Of a stretch of 64,000 nt of DNA, positions 8,913 through 19,503 are shown piece by piece. The notes under the pieces were generated by a model. That model saw only the letters and a program-made list of their open reading frames with translations. It was not told the origin of the DNA and did no database searches. The stretch covers positions 7,533 to 71,532 of the forward strand of contig DJWL01000005.1 in assembly GCA_002441545.1 (NCBI GenBank), read 5' to 3'. The stretch comes from Flavobacteriaceae bacterium UBA6231. GTDB taxonomy: Bacteria; Bacteroidota; Bacteroidia; Flavobacteriales; Flavobacteriaceae. Both the position numbers and the translations under genes were made by a program. Each line of letters opens with the position of its first letter. Positions within the stretch are counted from its first letter, which is position 1.

Positions 8913-11444
8913 ATGATGCAAAAAACAGTACTTTATCTATTAATATTATTCCTTTTTCCCTGCTTTAATCAAGCGCAACAACCCAAAAAACCTAATGCTT
9001 CAGAAATATATGAATCTATTCAAAAATTAAATTTTTTAGGTTCTGTAATGTATATTGCAGCACATCCAGATGATGAAAATACACGCCTTATCTCCTACTT
9101 ATCTAACAAAATAAAAGCGAGAACAGCTTATTTAGCTTTAACACGAGGTGATGGAGGACAAAATCTTATAGGGCCAGAAATTGGAGAGTTATTAGGTGTT
9201 ATAAGAACTGAAGAATTATTAGAAGCCCGAAAAATTGATGGTGGAGAACAGTTTTTTACAAGGGCCAACGACTTTGGTTTTTCTAAACATCCAGATGAAA
9301 CTTTGACTATATGGAACAAAAATGAGGTGTTAAGCGATGTTGTTTTAGCCATCAGAAAATTTCAGCCAGATATTATTATCAATCGATTTGACCACAGAAG
9401 TCCAGGAACTACACATGGACATCATACCAGTTCAGCCATGTTGAGTGTAGAAGCGTTTGATTTGGCAAATAAAGCTTCCGTTTATCCTGAACAACTTAAA
9501 CAAACCAGTTTATGGCAACCAAAAAAACAATTTTTCAATACGTCATGGTGGTTTTATGGCAGTCAAGAAAACTTTGATAAAGCTGACAAAACAAATTTGT
9601 TAAGTATTGACACAGGAGTTTATTTTCCTTTAAAAGGATTAAGTAATCCAGAAATTGCAGCTTTAAGCAGAAGTAAACATAAATCACAAGGTTTTGGTAG
9701 TACAGGAAGTCGTGGCGAAGAATTAGAATATATAGAACTAATAAATGGCGATTTACCAATTGATAAATCAAATATTTTTGATGGCATTGATACCACTTGG
9801 AATCGAGTTAAAGGTGGAAATGTTATCGGCAAAATTATTTCAAAAGTTGAAACAGATTTTGATTTCACAAATCCATCAGCATCGATTCCACAACTAGCTG
9901 AAGCCTATAAATTAATCCAAAAACTAGAAGATACACATTGGAAAACTATTAAATCTGAAGAAATTAAAAATATTATTGCTTCATGTGCTGGATTGTATTT
10001 AGAAGCGGTTGCAGATACAAATCATGCAACAAAAAATTCTGAAGTAAATATATCCATAGAGATGATTAATAGAAGTGATACCGATATTGTTTTTACAGGA
10101 TTAACTTTAAAAGATAACAGCGAAAAAGCATATAGCCAACTTGAATTAAAAAACAACAAAAAAGAGCAATTAAAAAACACCATTGTGATTTCTAAAAACC
10201 AAGAACCAACAACTCCATATTGGTTAACAAGTAAAGGAACTTTAGGAATGTATAAAGTAACATATCCAAATTTGATTGGCTTGCCAGAAACTCCTATTGT
10301 TTATACTGCGACTTTTGAATTAGAAATAGAAAATACCCCAATTGAATTTACAAAACCAATAGTTTATAAAACCAATAATCCTGTAAAAGGTGAAGTATAC
10401 AAACCTTTTGTTATCATACCAGAAGCTTCTGCTAAAATTGCTGAAAAAGTCATCATATTTGAAAATGACAAACAAAAAGAAATTCCTGTTATTGTTAAGG
10501 CTGGTGAAGATCAATTAGAGGGCTATGTTACAATTGCCCATCCAAAGGATTGGAATGTTTATCCAGAAAAACAAACCATTTCCATTGCACATATGGGAGA
10601 AGAGCAAACTGTTGTTTTTACCATTATTCCTCCAAAAAATCAAAGTGAAGGACTCATAACTCCTATGGTTCATATTGGTGATGACATTTACACAAGAGAG
10701 CTTATTGAAATAGCTTATGACCATATTCCATTACAAACCGTTTTATTACCAAGTGAAAGCAAAGTAGTAAGATTGAATATTCAAAAGAAAGGTGAAAATA
10801 TAGCTTATATTGAAGGTGCTGGTGATGTATTACCAGAGAGTTTAAAACAAATAGGTTATAATGTCATTACAATCGCTCCAAAAGATATAAATGCAGAAAC
10901 ATTAAGCAGATTTGATGCTGTTGTAGTTGGAATAAGAGCTTATAATACCATTGAAGATTTAAAATATAAACAACAAATATTATTTGATTTTGTTGAAGAA
11001 GGTGGGAATATGATAGTGCAATACAATACTAATTCCAGATTGCAAGTTGATAGATTAGCGCCTTTTGATTTAACACTTTCTAGAGATAGAGTGACCGATG
11101 AAAATTCTGAAGTACGCTTTTTAAACCCAAACCATTCTTTACTAAATTATCCAAATAAAATCACTCAAAAAGATTTTGAAGGATGGACCCAAGAACGTGG
11201 ATTATATTTTCCTGATAAATGGTCAAGCGAGTTCACTCCTATTCTATCAATGAACGATAAAGGTGAATCTCCAAAAGATGGCAGCTTATTAGTTACAAAA
11301 TATGGTAAAGGTTATTACATATATACCGGATTAAGCTTTTTTAGAGAATTCCCTGAAGGCGTCGCTGGCGCATACAGATTGTTTGCAAATATGCTTTCAA
11401 TTGGAAAAGAAGACATTAAGATTGAAGCAAAACTAAATGATTAA
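8913..11444 (+). CDS. Exported PIG-L/LmbE-family de-N-acetylase with C-terminal class-I-GATase-like domain
   Basis: Signal peptide; AAHPDDEN and HGHH metal motifs. ATG 8913 preferred because the track's TTG lies in TATATTTG (8887-8894). Confidence 0.85.
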   Translation: MMQKTVLYLLILFLFPCFNQAQQPKKPNASEIYESIQKLNFLGSVMYIAAHPDDENTRLISYLSNKIKARTAYLALTRGDGGQNLIGPEIGELLGVIRTEELLEARKIDGGEQFFTRANDFGFSKHPDETLTIWNKNEVLSDVVLAIRKFQPDIIINRFDHRSPGTTHGHHTSSAMLSVEAFDLANKASVYPEQLKQTSLWQPKKQFFNTSWWFYGSQENFDKADKTNLLSIDTGVYFPLKGLSNPEIAALSRSKHKSQGFGSTGSRGEELEYIELINGDLPIDKSNIFDGIDTTWNRVKGGNVIGKIISKVETDFDFTNPSASIPQLAEAYKLIQKLEDTHWKTIKSEEIKNIIASCAGLYLEAVADTNHATKNSEVNISIEMINRSDTDIVFTGLTLKDNSEKAYSQLELKNNKKEQLKNTIVISKNQEPTTPYWLTSKGTLGMYKVTYPNLIGLPETPIVYTATFELEIENTPIEFTKPIVYKTNNPVKGEVYKPFVIIPEASAKIAEKVIIFENDKQKEIPVIVKAGEDQLEGYVTIAHPKDWNVYPEKQTISIAHMGEEQTVVFTIIPPKNQSEGLITPMVHIGDDIYTRELIEIAYDHIPLQTVLLPSESKVVRLNIQKKGENIAYIEGAGDVLPESLKQIGYNVITIAPKDINAETLSRFDAVVVGIRAYNTIEDLKYKQQILFDFVEEGGNMIVQYNTNSRLQVDRLAPFDLTLSRDRVTDENSEVRFLNPNHSLLNYPNKITQKDFEGWTQERGLYFPDKWSSEFTPILSMNDKGESPKDGSLLVTKYGKGYYIYTGLSFFREFPEGVAGAYRLFANMLSIGKEDIKIEAKLND

Positions 11445-11446
11445 TA

Positions 11447-11557
11447 ATGACAGAAGAAAAGCAACCTAAACAACCTTGGCTTAAATTGTATTCTATCATT
11501 TTAATAGCCAATCTTGTTTATATTATTGCATTTTACTTAATCATGAAATCCTTTTAA
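11447..11557 (+). CDS. 36-aa single-TM small protein (missed by ORF track)
   Basis: MTEEKQPKQPWLKLYSIILIANLVYIIAFYLIMKSF; exactly fills the gap, 2 nt from each neighbouring gene. Confidence 0.75.
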   Translation: MTEEKQPKQPWLKLYSIILIANLVYIIAFYLIMKSF

Positions 11558-11559
11558 TT

Positions 11560-13275
11560 ATGCAAATATTAAATTGGATAGATTGGGTTGTTTTAGCCGT
11601 CACTTTATTGGCCATAGTTATTTATGGCACTTGGCAAACTCGTGGTAGCAAAAACGTTCAAGATTATTTAAAAGGAGGAAACACTTCTAAATGGTGGACC
11701 ATTGGGTTATCAGTTATGGCAACTCAAGCCAGTGCCATAACCTTTCTATCAACTCCTGGGCAGGCGTATAATGATGGAATGGGATTTGTACAATTTTATT
11801 TTGGCTTACCAATAGCCATGATTGTTATTTGTATGGTCTTTATCCCTTTATATCATCGACTTAAAGTTTATACAGCTTACGAATTTTTAGAAAACAGATT
11901 CGATTTAAAAACCAGAACTTTAACCGCTATTTTATTTTTAATTCAACGTGGCCTTTCTGCAGGAATTACCATTTTTGCTCCAGCAATTATTTTATCGGTT
12001 GTTTTAGGTTGGGATTTACTAACCCTTAATATTGTTATTGGTTTATTAGTCATTGTTTACACAGTATCAGGAGGAACAAGAGCTGTTAACGTGACTCAAA
12101 AACATCAAATGATTGTTATTTTTATTGGAATGTTAGTAGCTTTTTTTATAATAGTTTCTAAACTTCCTCAAGATGTTACTTTTATTAAAGCACTTGATAT
12201 TGCAGGAGCCAGTGGTAAAATGAAAATTCTTGACTTTAGTTTTAGTCTCAATAATCGTTACACGTTTTGGAGCGGTATTATTGGTGGAACCTTTTTAATG
12301 CTATCATATTTTGGAACCGACCAAAGTCAAGTACAACGGTATCTTTCTGGCAAATCAGTAAAAGAAATGCAATTAGGATTGCTGTTCAACGGTTTGTTAA
12401 AAGTGCCTATGCAGTTTTTTATTTTATTGGTAGGTGTTATGGTGTTTGTTTTCTATCAGTTTAATGAATCACCTTTAAATTTTAATCCAACAGCCACAGA
12501 ACTGGTTCTAAATTCTGAATATGCTTCAGATTATAAAAAACTTAGAGAAGCACAAAAAGATAATTTTGAAAGCAAACAAATTGAGATTAAAAATTTTATT
12601 AATTCTGAAACTTCAGAATCAGCAATTGAATCAATTTTAAAAGTAAATGTAGCCAATAAAAAAATCAAAGATGAAGCTAAACTACTTATAGATAAAGTTG
12701 CAGAAAAGCAAAATATAAAAGTTGAAAGTAATGATAAAGATTATGTCTTTATTCATTTCATTTTAAATAACTTACCTCGTGGTTTAATAGGTTTACTTCT
12801 TGCTGTAATTTTAAGTGCAGCCATGTCAAGTACTTCTAGTGAATTAAATGCATTAGGTTCAACAACTACGATAGATTTATATAAACGAAATACCTCAGAA
12901 AAAACAGAACAGCAAATGGTAAAAGCATCAAAATGGTTCACATTCGCTTGGGGAATTATAGCTATTTGTGTTGCTTGTGTTGCTAATCTGGCTGAAAATT
13001 TAATTCAATTAGTAAATATTATTGGTTCCCTTTTTTATGGAAATGTATTAGGCATTTTCTTAATCGCTTTTTTCTTCAAATTTGTGAAAGGACATGCTGT
13101 TTTCATAGCTGCCATAATTACTCAAATCTTTGTTATTTCCTTATTTTTATTAAATGAGCATGAAATAATTAATCTTCCATTTTTATGGTTAAATTTTGTA
13201 GGTTGTATCATAGTTATTACTATTGCATGTATTCTACAATTACTTTATAAAAATGACAAAACAATCACAACATAA
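11560..13275 (+). CDS. Sodium:solute symporter family transporter
   Basis: SVMATQASAITF, YFGTDQSQVQRYL, SAAMSSTSSELN; many TM helices. Confidence 0.92.
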   Translation: MQILNWIDWVVLAVTLLAIVIYGTWQTRGSKNVQDYLKGGNTSKWWTIGLSVMATQASAITFLSTPGQAYNDGMGFVQFYFGLPIAMIVICMVFIPLYHRLKVYTAYEFLENRFDLKTRTLTAILFLIQRGLSAGITIFAPAIILSVVLGWDLLTLNIVIGLLVIVYTVSGGTRAVNVTQKHQMIVIFIGMLVAFFIIVSKLPQDVTFIKALDIAGASGKMKILDFSFSLNNRYTFWSGIIGGTFLMLSYFGTDQSQVQRYLSGKSVKEMQLGLLFNGLLKVPMQFFILLVGVMVFVFYQFNESPLNFNPTATELVLNSEYASDYKKLREAQKDNFESKQIEIKNFINSETSESAIESILKVNVANKKIKDEAKLLIDKVAEKQNIKVESNDKDYVFIHFILNNLPRGLIGLLLAVILSAAMSSTSSELNALGSTTTIDLYKRNTSEKTEQQMVKASKWFTFAWGIIAICVACVANLAENLIQLVNIIGSLFYGNVLGIFLIAFFFKFVKGHAVFIAAIITQIFVISLFLLNEHEIINLPFLWLNFVGCIIVITIACILQLLYKNDKTITT

Positions 13276-14239
13276 AACCATCCGTTGGGGTATAATTGGT
13301 TTAGGAAGCATCGCTAATAAATTTGCGAAAGATTTATTAACCGTTAAAGATGCCCAATTATATGCTGTAGCTTCTCGTTCTCTAGAAAAAGCTGATGAAT
13401 TTGCATCTGCTTACAATGCAGTTATAGCTTATAGCAGATATGAAGATTTAGTTGATGACAAGAATATTGACGCTGTATATATTGCTACTCCTCATGCATT
13501 ACATAAAGAAAACACTCTTTTATGTCTAAAAAAAGGTATTGCTGTTTTATGCGAAAAGCCTTTTGCTATGAATTCTTCTGAAGTTGAAGAAATGATTACT
13601 TGTGCAAAAGCGAAAAATACATTGCTTATGGAAGCTCTTTGGACTTATTTTCTTCCTCATTATCAATATGTATTGCAAGTATTGAAAAACAAAACTTATG
13701 GAGACATTTTAAAGCTAGAAGCTGATTTTGGGTTTTTTCGTGAATTTAATAATGATGCCAGATTATTTAATAAATCATTAGGCGGCGGAAGTCTTTTAGA
13801 TATAGGCATCTACCCCATTTTTGCAGCTTTATCAACTTTAGAAAAACCTATCAACATTGAAGCTAATACCACATTTTTTGATAATGGAGCAGATTCAACA
13901 TGCAACATGACCTTTAACTATAAAAAAAATGTAAAGGCATATTTAAAAAGTTCCTTATTAGAATCACTTCCTACTGAAGCTATTTTTTATTGTGAAAAGG
14001 CAATCATAAAAGTTAATACCATGTTTCATATGCCAACAACAGTTTCAATAATTATTGATGGCAAAGAAGATATAAAAGATTTTGGATACAATACCATTGG
14101 TTATAATTACGAAATCATGCATTTTAATGAACTTATCCAACTAGGAAAAACAGAAAGTCCAATCATGTCATTTGAGTTTAGTAACCAATTAATTTCGATT
14201 TTAGATTCTGTTAGAAACTTGATAAAATTAGAATATTGA
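13253..14239 (+). CDS. Gfo/Idh/MocA oxidoreductase
   Basis: WGIIGLGSIA, YIATPH, LCEKPF, GGSLLDIGIY; ATG 13253 preferred. Confidence 0.9.
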   Translation: MTKQSQHKTIRWGIIGLGSIANKFAKDLLTVKDAQLYAVASRSLEKADEFASAYNAVIAYSRYEDLVDDKNIDAVYIATPHALHKENTLLCLKKGIAVLCEKPFAMNSSEVEEMITCAKAKNTLLMEALWTYFLPHYQYVLQVLKNKTYGDILKLEADFGFFREFNNDARLFNKSLGGGSLLDIGIYPIFAALSTLEKPINIEANTTFFDNGADSTCNMTFNYKKNVKAYLKSSLLESLPTEAIFYCEKAIIKVNTMFHMPTTVSIIIDGKEDIKDFGYNTIGYNYEIMHFNELIQLGKTESPIMSFEFSNQLISILDSVRNLIKLEY

Positions 14240-14377
14240 TTTTTTAAAAATAGTTTAAATTATTTTTTGTGATTGTGAAAGGAACTAATAAGTACTCTTT
14301 ACGGTTTATCTCTAAAAATTGTTAAATTATAACAGACATCATTTTAAGATATTTTTTATTTTTAGAAGTTGAAGATT

Positions 14378-14407
14378 AAAAAAAGCAACCAAATAGGTTG
14401 CTTTTTT
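14378..14407. terminator. Bidirectional intrinsic terminator
   Basis: AAAAAAAGCAACC-AAATA-GGTTGCTTTTTT between convergent genes. Confidence 0.8.
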
Positions 14408-14432
14408 ACTAAATAAATTTATAACATTCAAC

Positions 14433-15281
14433 TTACATAGCTCCCCATTCTTTTAGAGAGTCTTTGTTCATCTTAACGTAATCGTCATTTCCAGCTTCTT
14501 CTGCTCCAGCTAATGATTTCTTTGCAGATTCGATAGCTGCTTCTTTATTACCTGTTTTTGCATAAAGTAAAGACTGTTGTCTCAATTGCCAATAAGCTGG
14601 TTTTTCAGTCAAAGACATGGCCTTATCCATCCACTCTTGAGCTTGACTTAAATCTTTTCCTTCACTTAAGTAATATACAGCAGCAGCATAATAATCATTA
14701 GCTGTTGGAGTACTATTCATAACATCATTTATACTGGCTAAAACTTTATTATCTGTTGGAACATTAAATTTCACACCCACGTAAGTACTTTCCCAAAGTA
14801 TGCCTAAGGTTGCTCCTCCACTACTTAAATCATCGATATCCATGGTGAAAGTTTCAATGGTCACAGGCAAAGTGTTTACTCCTACAGTTGTTTTTGCAAC
14901 CACTTTGGTATCGTCCAACTCTTGAGGAGCTCCCCAATTGTCTGTTGTTGCATAAAATATAACATCCCATGATGTCTCACCTGGAATAGTATAAATAGCA
15001 TAAGAACCTGCTTTTAGAGTTTGACCGTCAACGGACACATCATCACTAAAAGTTATCATGGTGTTTTTATTGGCTCCAGTTCTCCATACTTTTCCAAAAG
15101 GTACCAAGTCTCCAAATATTTTACGTCCTCTCATACTAGGTCTAGAGTATTCTAAAGTTACGTTGGTCAATCCAACCACTTGTTCTACTTTACTGGTAGG
15201 ACTGGGTTGTGGTGTCTTAATCTGTGAGTATCCGGTAAGTGATACAGCAAGAACAAAGAAAGATAATACGAGTTTTTTCAT
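14433..15281 (-). CDS. DUF2911 domain exported protein with C-terminal TPR-like helices
   Basis: Signal peptide; PQPSP, YSRP, LVPFGKVWRTGAN. Confidence 0.88.
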   Translation of the reverse strand: MKKLVLSFFVLAVSLTGYSQIKTPQPSPTSKVEQVVGLTNVTLEYSRPSMRGRKIFGDLVPFGKVWRTGANKNTMITFSDDVSVDGQTLKAGSYAIYTIPGETSWDVIFYATTDNWGAPQELDDTKVVAKTTVGVNTLPVTIETFTMDIDDLSSGGATLGILWESTYVGVKFNVPTDNKVLASINDVMNSTPTANDYYAAAVYYLSEGKDLSQAQEWMDKAMSLTEKPAYWQLRQQSLLYAKTGNKEAAIESAKKSLAGAEEAGNDDYVKMNKDSLKEWGAM

Positions 15282-15484
15282 GTTTAAGTTGATTTAATTA
15301 TTAGCATAAATTTAAATTATAAAATTAAGGAATGAAATCACTTATAATTGTTAATAAAAGCCTAAAATGATAAAATTTGTTATTATATCAATATTTGAAT
15401 AGTTCTTTTAATAGAATACAACATTTAAAAAATAATTTGATTTATTAACGCCTTAATTAGAAACTTGTCTAAAAAATAAAAGAA

Positions 15485-17542
15485 CTACTTTTCTATTCTT
15501 ATTCTAACGTCAACAGCAACAATATCTTTTTCTAATGCCAAAAGTGGATTTATATCTAATTCAGAAATTTCTGGAGCCATACAAAGTAGTTGAGATATTT
15601 TTACAATGATGTCTGCATACTTTTTAATGTCTATACCTTTTTGACCTCTTATTCCTTTTAATATGGGATAGGCTCTTAAATTTGAAATCATTTTTAAAGC
15701 ATCAGACTCTGTGATTGGTACCATGGAAGTGCTTATATCTTTTAATACTTCAACAAAAATGCCTCCTAGTCCACATAATATGATGTGTGGATAATTAGTT
15801 TCCCTTTTTGCTCCAATAAATAGTTCCATCCCCTCAATCATTGGTTGAATCAGCACAGATTTCGCACCATGAATCTGCATTAACTTTTCAAAACTATCAT
15901 GCAATTCTCTGTCATTTGAAATATTTAAAATAACGCCTCCAACATCTGATTTATGCAATGGACCCTCTACTTTTAATACAACTGGGTATGTTAGTGTCTC
16001 TGAAACTTTGTTAAGTTCTGCTTTTGTTTTGGCATATTTTTGAAATGCAAATTGTACACCTGCATAATCTAATAGTTTAAAAGCTGTTTCAGACGACATG
16101 TATCCATTAGGAAGAGCATCTATCAGCTTTCTTACTCTTTTGAATGATTTAAATTCTAAAGTCTGAGATTTATCTCGTACTATACTTTGATTAGATACCT
16201 TAGCCAAAGCCTTTCCAAATAAAACTTCATCATGAAAAGCAATATTTCCTTTTGATATAAACTCATTTATTTCATCATGAACATTAATAACTGATGGCAA
16301 TATGGTGTAAATTGGCTTTTTTGAAGTCTTTATTTTTTTATTTAAAACTTCATACACATCATAAACCGGCTTTAATCCAGGGCTTCCAAAAATGACTGCT
16401 ATAGCATCAATCTCATCAAATTTATTGTCGCAATAATCAATAATGGTTTCTAATTGTTGAGCAGTTCCAGTAGCTAAAAAATCAATGGGATTAGCAACAG
16501 AAGACCCATCAAATAATTCTTTTAATAATGTTTTACAATGTGTTCCTTTTAATGAAGGCACTTGCAATCCGTTTTTTGACAAGACATCAGTTAGCATGAC
16601 CGCTGGACCTCCGGCATGTGTAATAATGGCTATATTTTTTCCCTTAGATTCCCTTTGCAATAAAATCCCCGCCACTGTAATCAGTTCGTTTCTGCCATAA
16701 CAACGTATAATTCCAGCCTTTTTAAATAAGGCGTCAATAAAAACATCTGAATTGGCTATAGCTCCTGTATGAGATGACGCCGCTTTATTGCCCGCTTCTG
16801 TACTACCAGCTTTAATTGCGGCAATTTTACAGCCTTTACTTAGTAATGAAGCGGTATGTTTTAAAAACTTAAGCGGATTTTTAACACTTTCAATATAAAG
16901 AAGTTTTACTTTAGGGCTTTTATCTTTATCAAAAGATATATCTAAATACTCTAATACCTCCTCTACTCCTATTTGAGCACTATTTCCTACCGTATAAACG
17001 CTTGAAAAGGTAAGACCCATACCAACAGCTGCCTCTATAATAAATACGGCAGTGGCTCCTGAACCAGATATAAAATCAACTCCAGAATCACTTAATTTAG
17101 GAATTGGTGTTGTAAAAACACCCGTGTAAAACTGATTAATTAAGCCTATATTATTAGGTCCTAAGAGGCTACCTCCCACTTTATCAATCAGTTTGACTAT
17201 TTCTTTTTCTAACCTTGCACCGTTTTCATCCTTTTCACTAAAACCTGCAGAGAAAATAATAAACCCTTTTGTGTTCTTTTGTTTAGTCAATATTCTTATT
17301 GGCTCTAAAATAAATTGTGCTGGTATTGCAATAATTGCCAAATCAACATTTGGAATTTCCTGAACATTTTTAAAAGATTTAACACCTTGTACAATTTCCT
17401 GTTTAGGATTAACAACAAATAAATCTCCTTTAAATTGATTCTCAATCAAGTTTTTTAAAACTCTTCCTCCAGGGCTGTGAATATTATCAGAACCTCCTAT
17501 TACAACAATACTTTTTGGTTGAACTAGTTTTGGGTGAAGCAT
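15485..17542 (-). CDS. ADP-forming acyl-CoA synthetase (acetate--CoA ligase family, fused alpha/beta)
   Basis: CoA-binding N-terminus, LGPNNIG, SSHTGA with phospho-His, NPIDF, C-terminal ATP-grasp (HKSDVGGV, ELDINPL). No GNAT domain, so not a Pat acetyltransferase. Confidence 0.88.
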   Translation of the reverse strand: MLHPKLVQPKSIVVIGGSDNIHSPGGRVLKNLIENQFKGDLFVVNPKQEIVQGVKSFKNVQEIPNVDLAIIAIPAQFILEPIRILTKQKNTKGFIIFSAGFSEKDENGARLEKEIVKLIDKVGGSLLGPNNIGLINQFYTGVFTTPIPKLSDSGVDFISGSGATAVFIIEAAVGMGLTFSSVYTVGNSAQIGVEEVLEYLDISFDKDKSPKVKLLYIESVKNPLKFLKHTASLLSKGCKIAAIKAGSTEAGNKAASSHTGAIANSDVFIDALFKKAGIIRCYGRNELITVAGILLQRESKGKNIAIITHAGGPAVMLTDVLSKNGLQVPSLKGTHCKTLLKELFDGSSVANPIDFLATGTAQQLETIIDYCDNKFDEIDAIAVIFGSPGLKPVYDVYEVLNKKIKTSKKPIYTILPSVINVHDEINEFISKGNIAFHDEVLFGKALAKVSNQSIVRDKSQTLEFKSFKRVRKLIDALPNGYMSSETAFKLLDYAGVQFAFQKYAKTKAELNKVSETLTYPVVLKVEGPLHKSDVGGVILNISNDRELHDSFEKLMQIHGAKSVLIQPMIEGMELFIGAKRETNYPHIILCGLGGIFVEVLKDISTSMVPITESDALKMISNLRAYPILKGIRGQKGIDIKKYADIIVKISQLLCMAPEISELDINPLLALEKDIVAVDVRIRIEK

Positions 17543-17595
17543 AACTAAAAATTGCTTTAATAACGTAAAGTAACTAATTTAATATAGGATTTTAG

Positions 17596-17609
17596 CTGAC
17601 ATTTATCAC
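17596..17609. promoter_or_regulatory. FNR-like box (C)TGAC-ATTT-ATCA(C) in the divergent ACD/aminotransferase promoter region
   Basis: Same TGAY-N4-RTCA core as at 3871 and 21170; outer bases do not match. Confidence 0.5.
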
Positions 17610-17663
17610 AATCTATTTTATTAAAATTTTGTTATTTTGAATAGACTAAAAACATCATGAATT

Positions 17664-18881
17664 ATGTATGCATTTTCAAACGCAGTTAATTCTAGGCATT
17701 CTGAAGACATAAAACTATTAATGTCCCAAGCATCTGGAAAGAGTTTGATTTCATTTGCAGGAGGCATGCCAAATAATGATTTATTTCCTGTAAAACAAAT
17801 TGATGATATTTATAATTCACTGCCAGACAATATAAAAAAATTATGTTTCCAATATGGGCCAACTTCTGGTTATCCACCATTAATCCAATCACTAAAAGAT
17901 CATTTAAACAATAAAGGATTACCTGTCCAAGACAATAAAATTTTAATAACTACTGGTTCATTACAAGCTATTTCAATTATAACTCAAGAGTTTGTTAATG
18001 AAGGTGATATTATATTAACTGAAAATCCATGCTTTGTTGGAGCACTGTCTGTATTTGAAACATTTGGAGCTAAAATAGAAAGCATCCCTATAGACAATCA
18101 TGGGATAGATATAAATGCATTAAAGAATAAAATTGCCACTTTAGAAAGAACGCCTAAATTTTTATATGTAACCCCTAATTATCATAATCCCGCGGGAATT
18201 ATTTACACACTCGAAAGAAAAAAAGAACTTTTAGAAACATTATCTGGTACAGGAATTATTTTACTTGAAGATGATGCGTATAGTGATTTGTATTTTAATG
18301 AAAATGAAAAATATCTAACCAAATCCATGAAGTCATTTGGGGTTAAGGATGTCGAAATCATTTATACTGGTTCCTTCTCAAAAATATTGGGTCCAGGTTT
18401 TAGATTAGGTTATATGCTTTCTTCACTAGAAATATTTGAAAAAGCTGAAACCGTAAAACAAGCCTTGGATGCCTGTACTTCTAATTTTATGCAAATATTA
18501 GCCAATGAATTTTTAGCACAGCATAAACTAGAATCTTATTTAAAATTCTTAAGAATTGAATATTTGGAAAGGAAAAATTTACTCCAACAGAGTTTAGAAA
18601 AATATATGCCAAAAGAAGTTACTTGGAATGAACCAAAAGGCGGTTTTTACATCTGGCTTAAGTTACCATCTCATATTAAATCAACAGACATATTCAAAGA
18701 AAGTGTTAAAGATGATGTTGTGTTTGTAACCGGAAGAACTTTTGATCCTGACAGTAAAAAGGATGACAGATTACGACTCTCGTTTTCAAATATGCCAAAA
18801 GAAAGCATTGAAAAAGGAGTCATAATTTTGGCTAAGGCTGTAGAAAAAGTACTTAAAAATGTTAAAGTTAAAAATACTTAA
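17664..18881 (+). CDS. PLP-dependent class I aminotransferase (aromatic amino acid/2-aminoadipate type)
   Basis: ISFAGGMP, YVTPNYHNPAG, EDDAY, GSFSKILGPGFRLG. No N-terminal wHTH, so not a MocR regulator. Confidence 0.88.
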   Translation: MYAFSNAVNSRHSEDIKLLMSQASGKSLISFAGGMPNNDLFPVKQIDDIYNSLPDNIKKLCFQYGPTSGYPPLIQSLKDHLNNKGLPVQDNKILITTGSLQAISIITQEFVNEGDIILTENPCFVGALSVFETFGAKIESIPIDNHGIDINALKNKIATLERTPKFLYVTPNYHNPAGIIYTLERKKELLETLSGTGIILLEDDAYSDLYFNENEKYLTKSMKSFGVKDVEIIYTGSFSKILGPGFRLGYMLSSLEIFEKAETVKQALDACTSNFMQILANEFLAQHKLESYLKFLRIEYLERKNLLQQSLEKYMPKEVTWNEPKGGFYIWLKLPSHIKSTDIFKESVKDDVVFVTGRTFDPDSKKDDRLRLSFSNMPKESIEKGVIILAKAVEKVLKNVKVKNT

Positions 18882-18894
18882 TTAATATATTTGA

Positions 18895-19494
18895 TTAAAT
18901 GTTGGTAGCTAAATTGGTGATTTCTTTGGCTATTTTTTTCCCCTCAAAAAAGGCTTTTAAGTTTAAGCTTATTATTTTGTCGCTTTTATGCTGAAACAGT
19001 TTTTTAATGGCATCCAAAAGACTTTCTTCTGATAACGGAATAATAGAAGCCGCAGCACCAAGCAATACCATATTTGTAACTTTTGAATTACCTATTTTTT
19101 TAGCAATTTCTGTAGCATTTATAATAATATGATACGGATGCTTTTTAATTTGTTTGAATAAATCATTTTTATCTGGATAGTTATCCGTATTAATAAATGG
19201 GTGAGAATCTGTAACCAACCAGCCATATTTATTCAAAAAAGGTGTGTATCTCAATAATTCCATAGGTTCTACAGATAATATTAAATCCGCTTTCCCTTCA
19301 GGAATGAGATCAGAAAAAATTTGTTTATCAGATATTCGAACATGGCATTGTACAGCACCACCACGTTGACTCATACCATGAACTTCAGATTGTTTTACAA
19401 ACAAATTTTCACTTAAAGCAGCCGTATCTAATACTGCAGCAATGGTTAAAATACCTTGTCCGCCAACGCCAGATAATATAATATTTGTTTTCAT
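18895..19494 (-). CDS. iorB: Indolepyruvate:ferredoxin oxidoreductase beta subunit
   Basis: GVGGQGILT, SEVHGMSQRGGAV..HVR, NMVLLGA. Confidence 0.92.
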   Translation of the reverse strand: MKTNIILSGVGGQGILTIAAVLDTAALSENLFVKQSEVHGMSQRGGAVQCHVRISDKQIFSDLIPEGKADLILSVEPMELLRYTPFLNKYGWLVTDSHPFINTDNYPDKNDLFKQIKKHPYHIIINATEIAKKIGNSKVTNMVLLGAAASIIPLSEESLLDAIKKLFQHKSDKIISLNLKAFFEGKKIAKEITNLATNI

Positions 19495-19503
19495 GCTTTT
19501 ATT

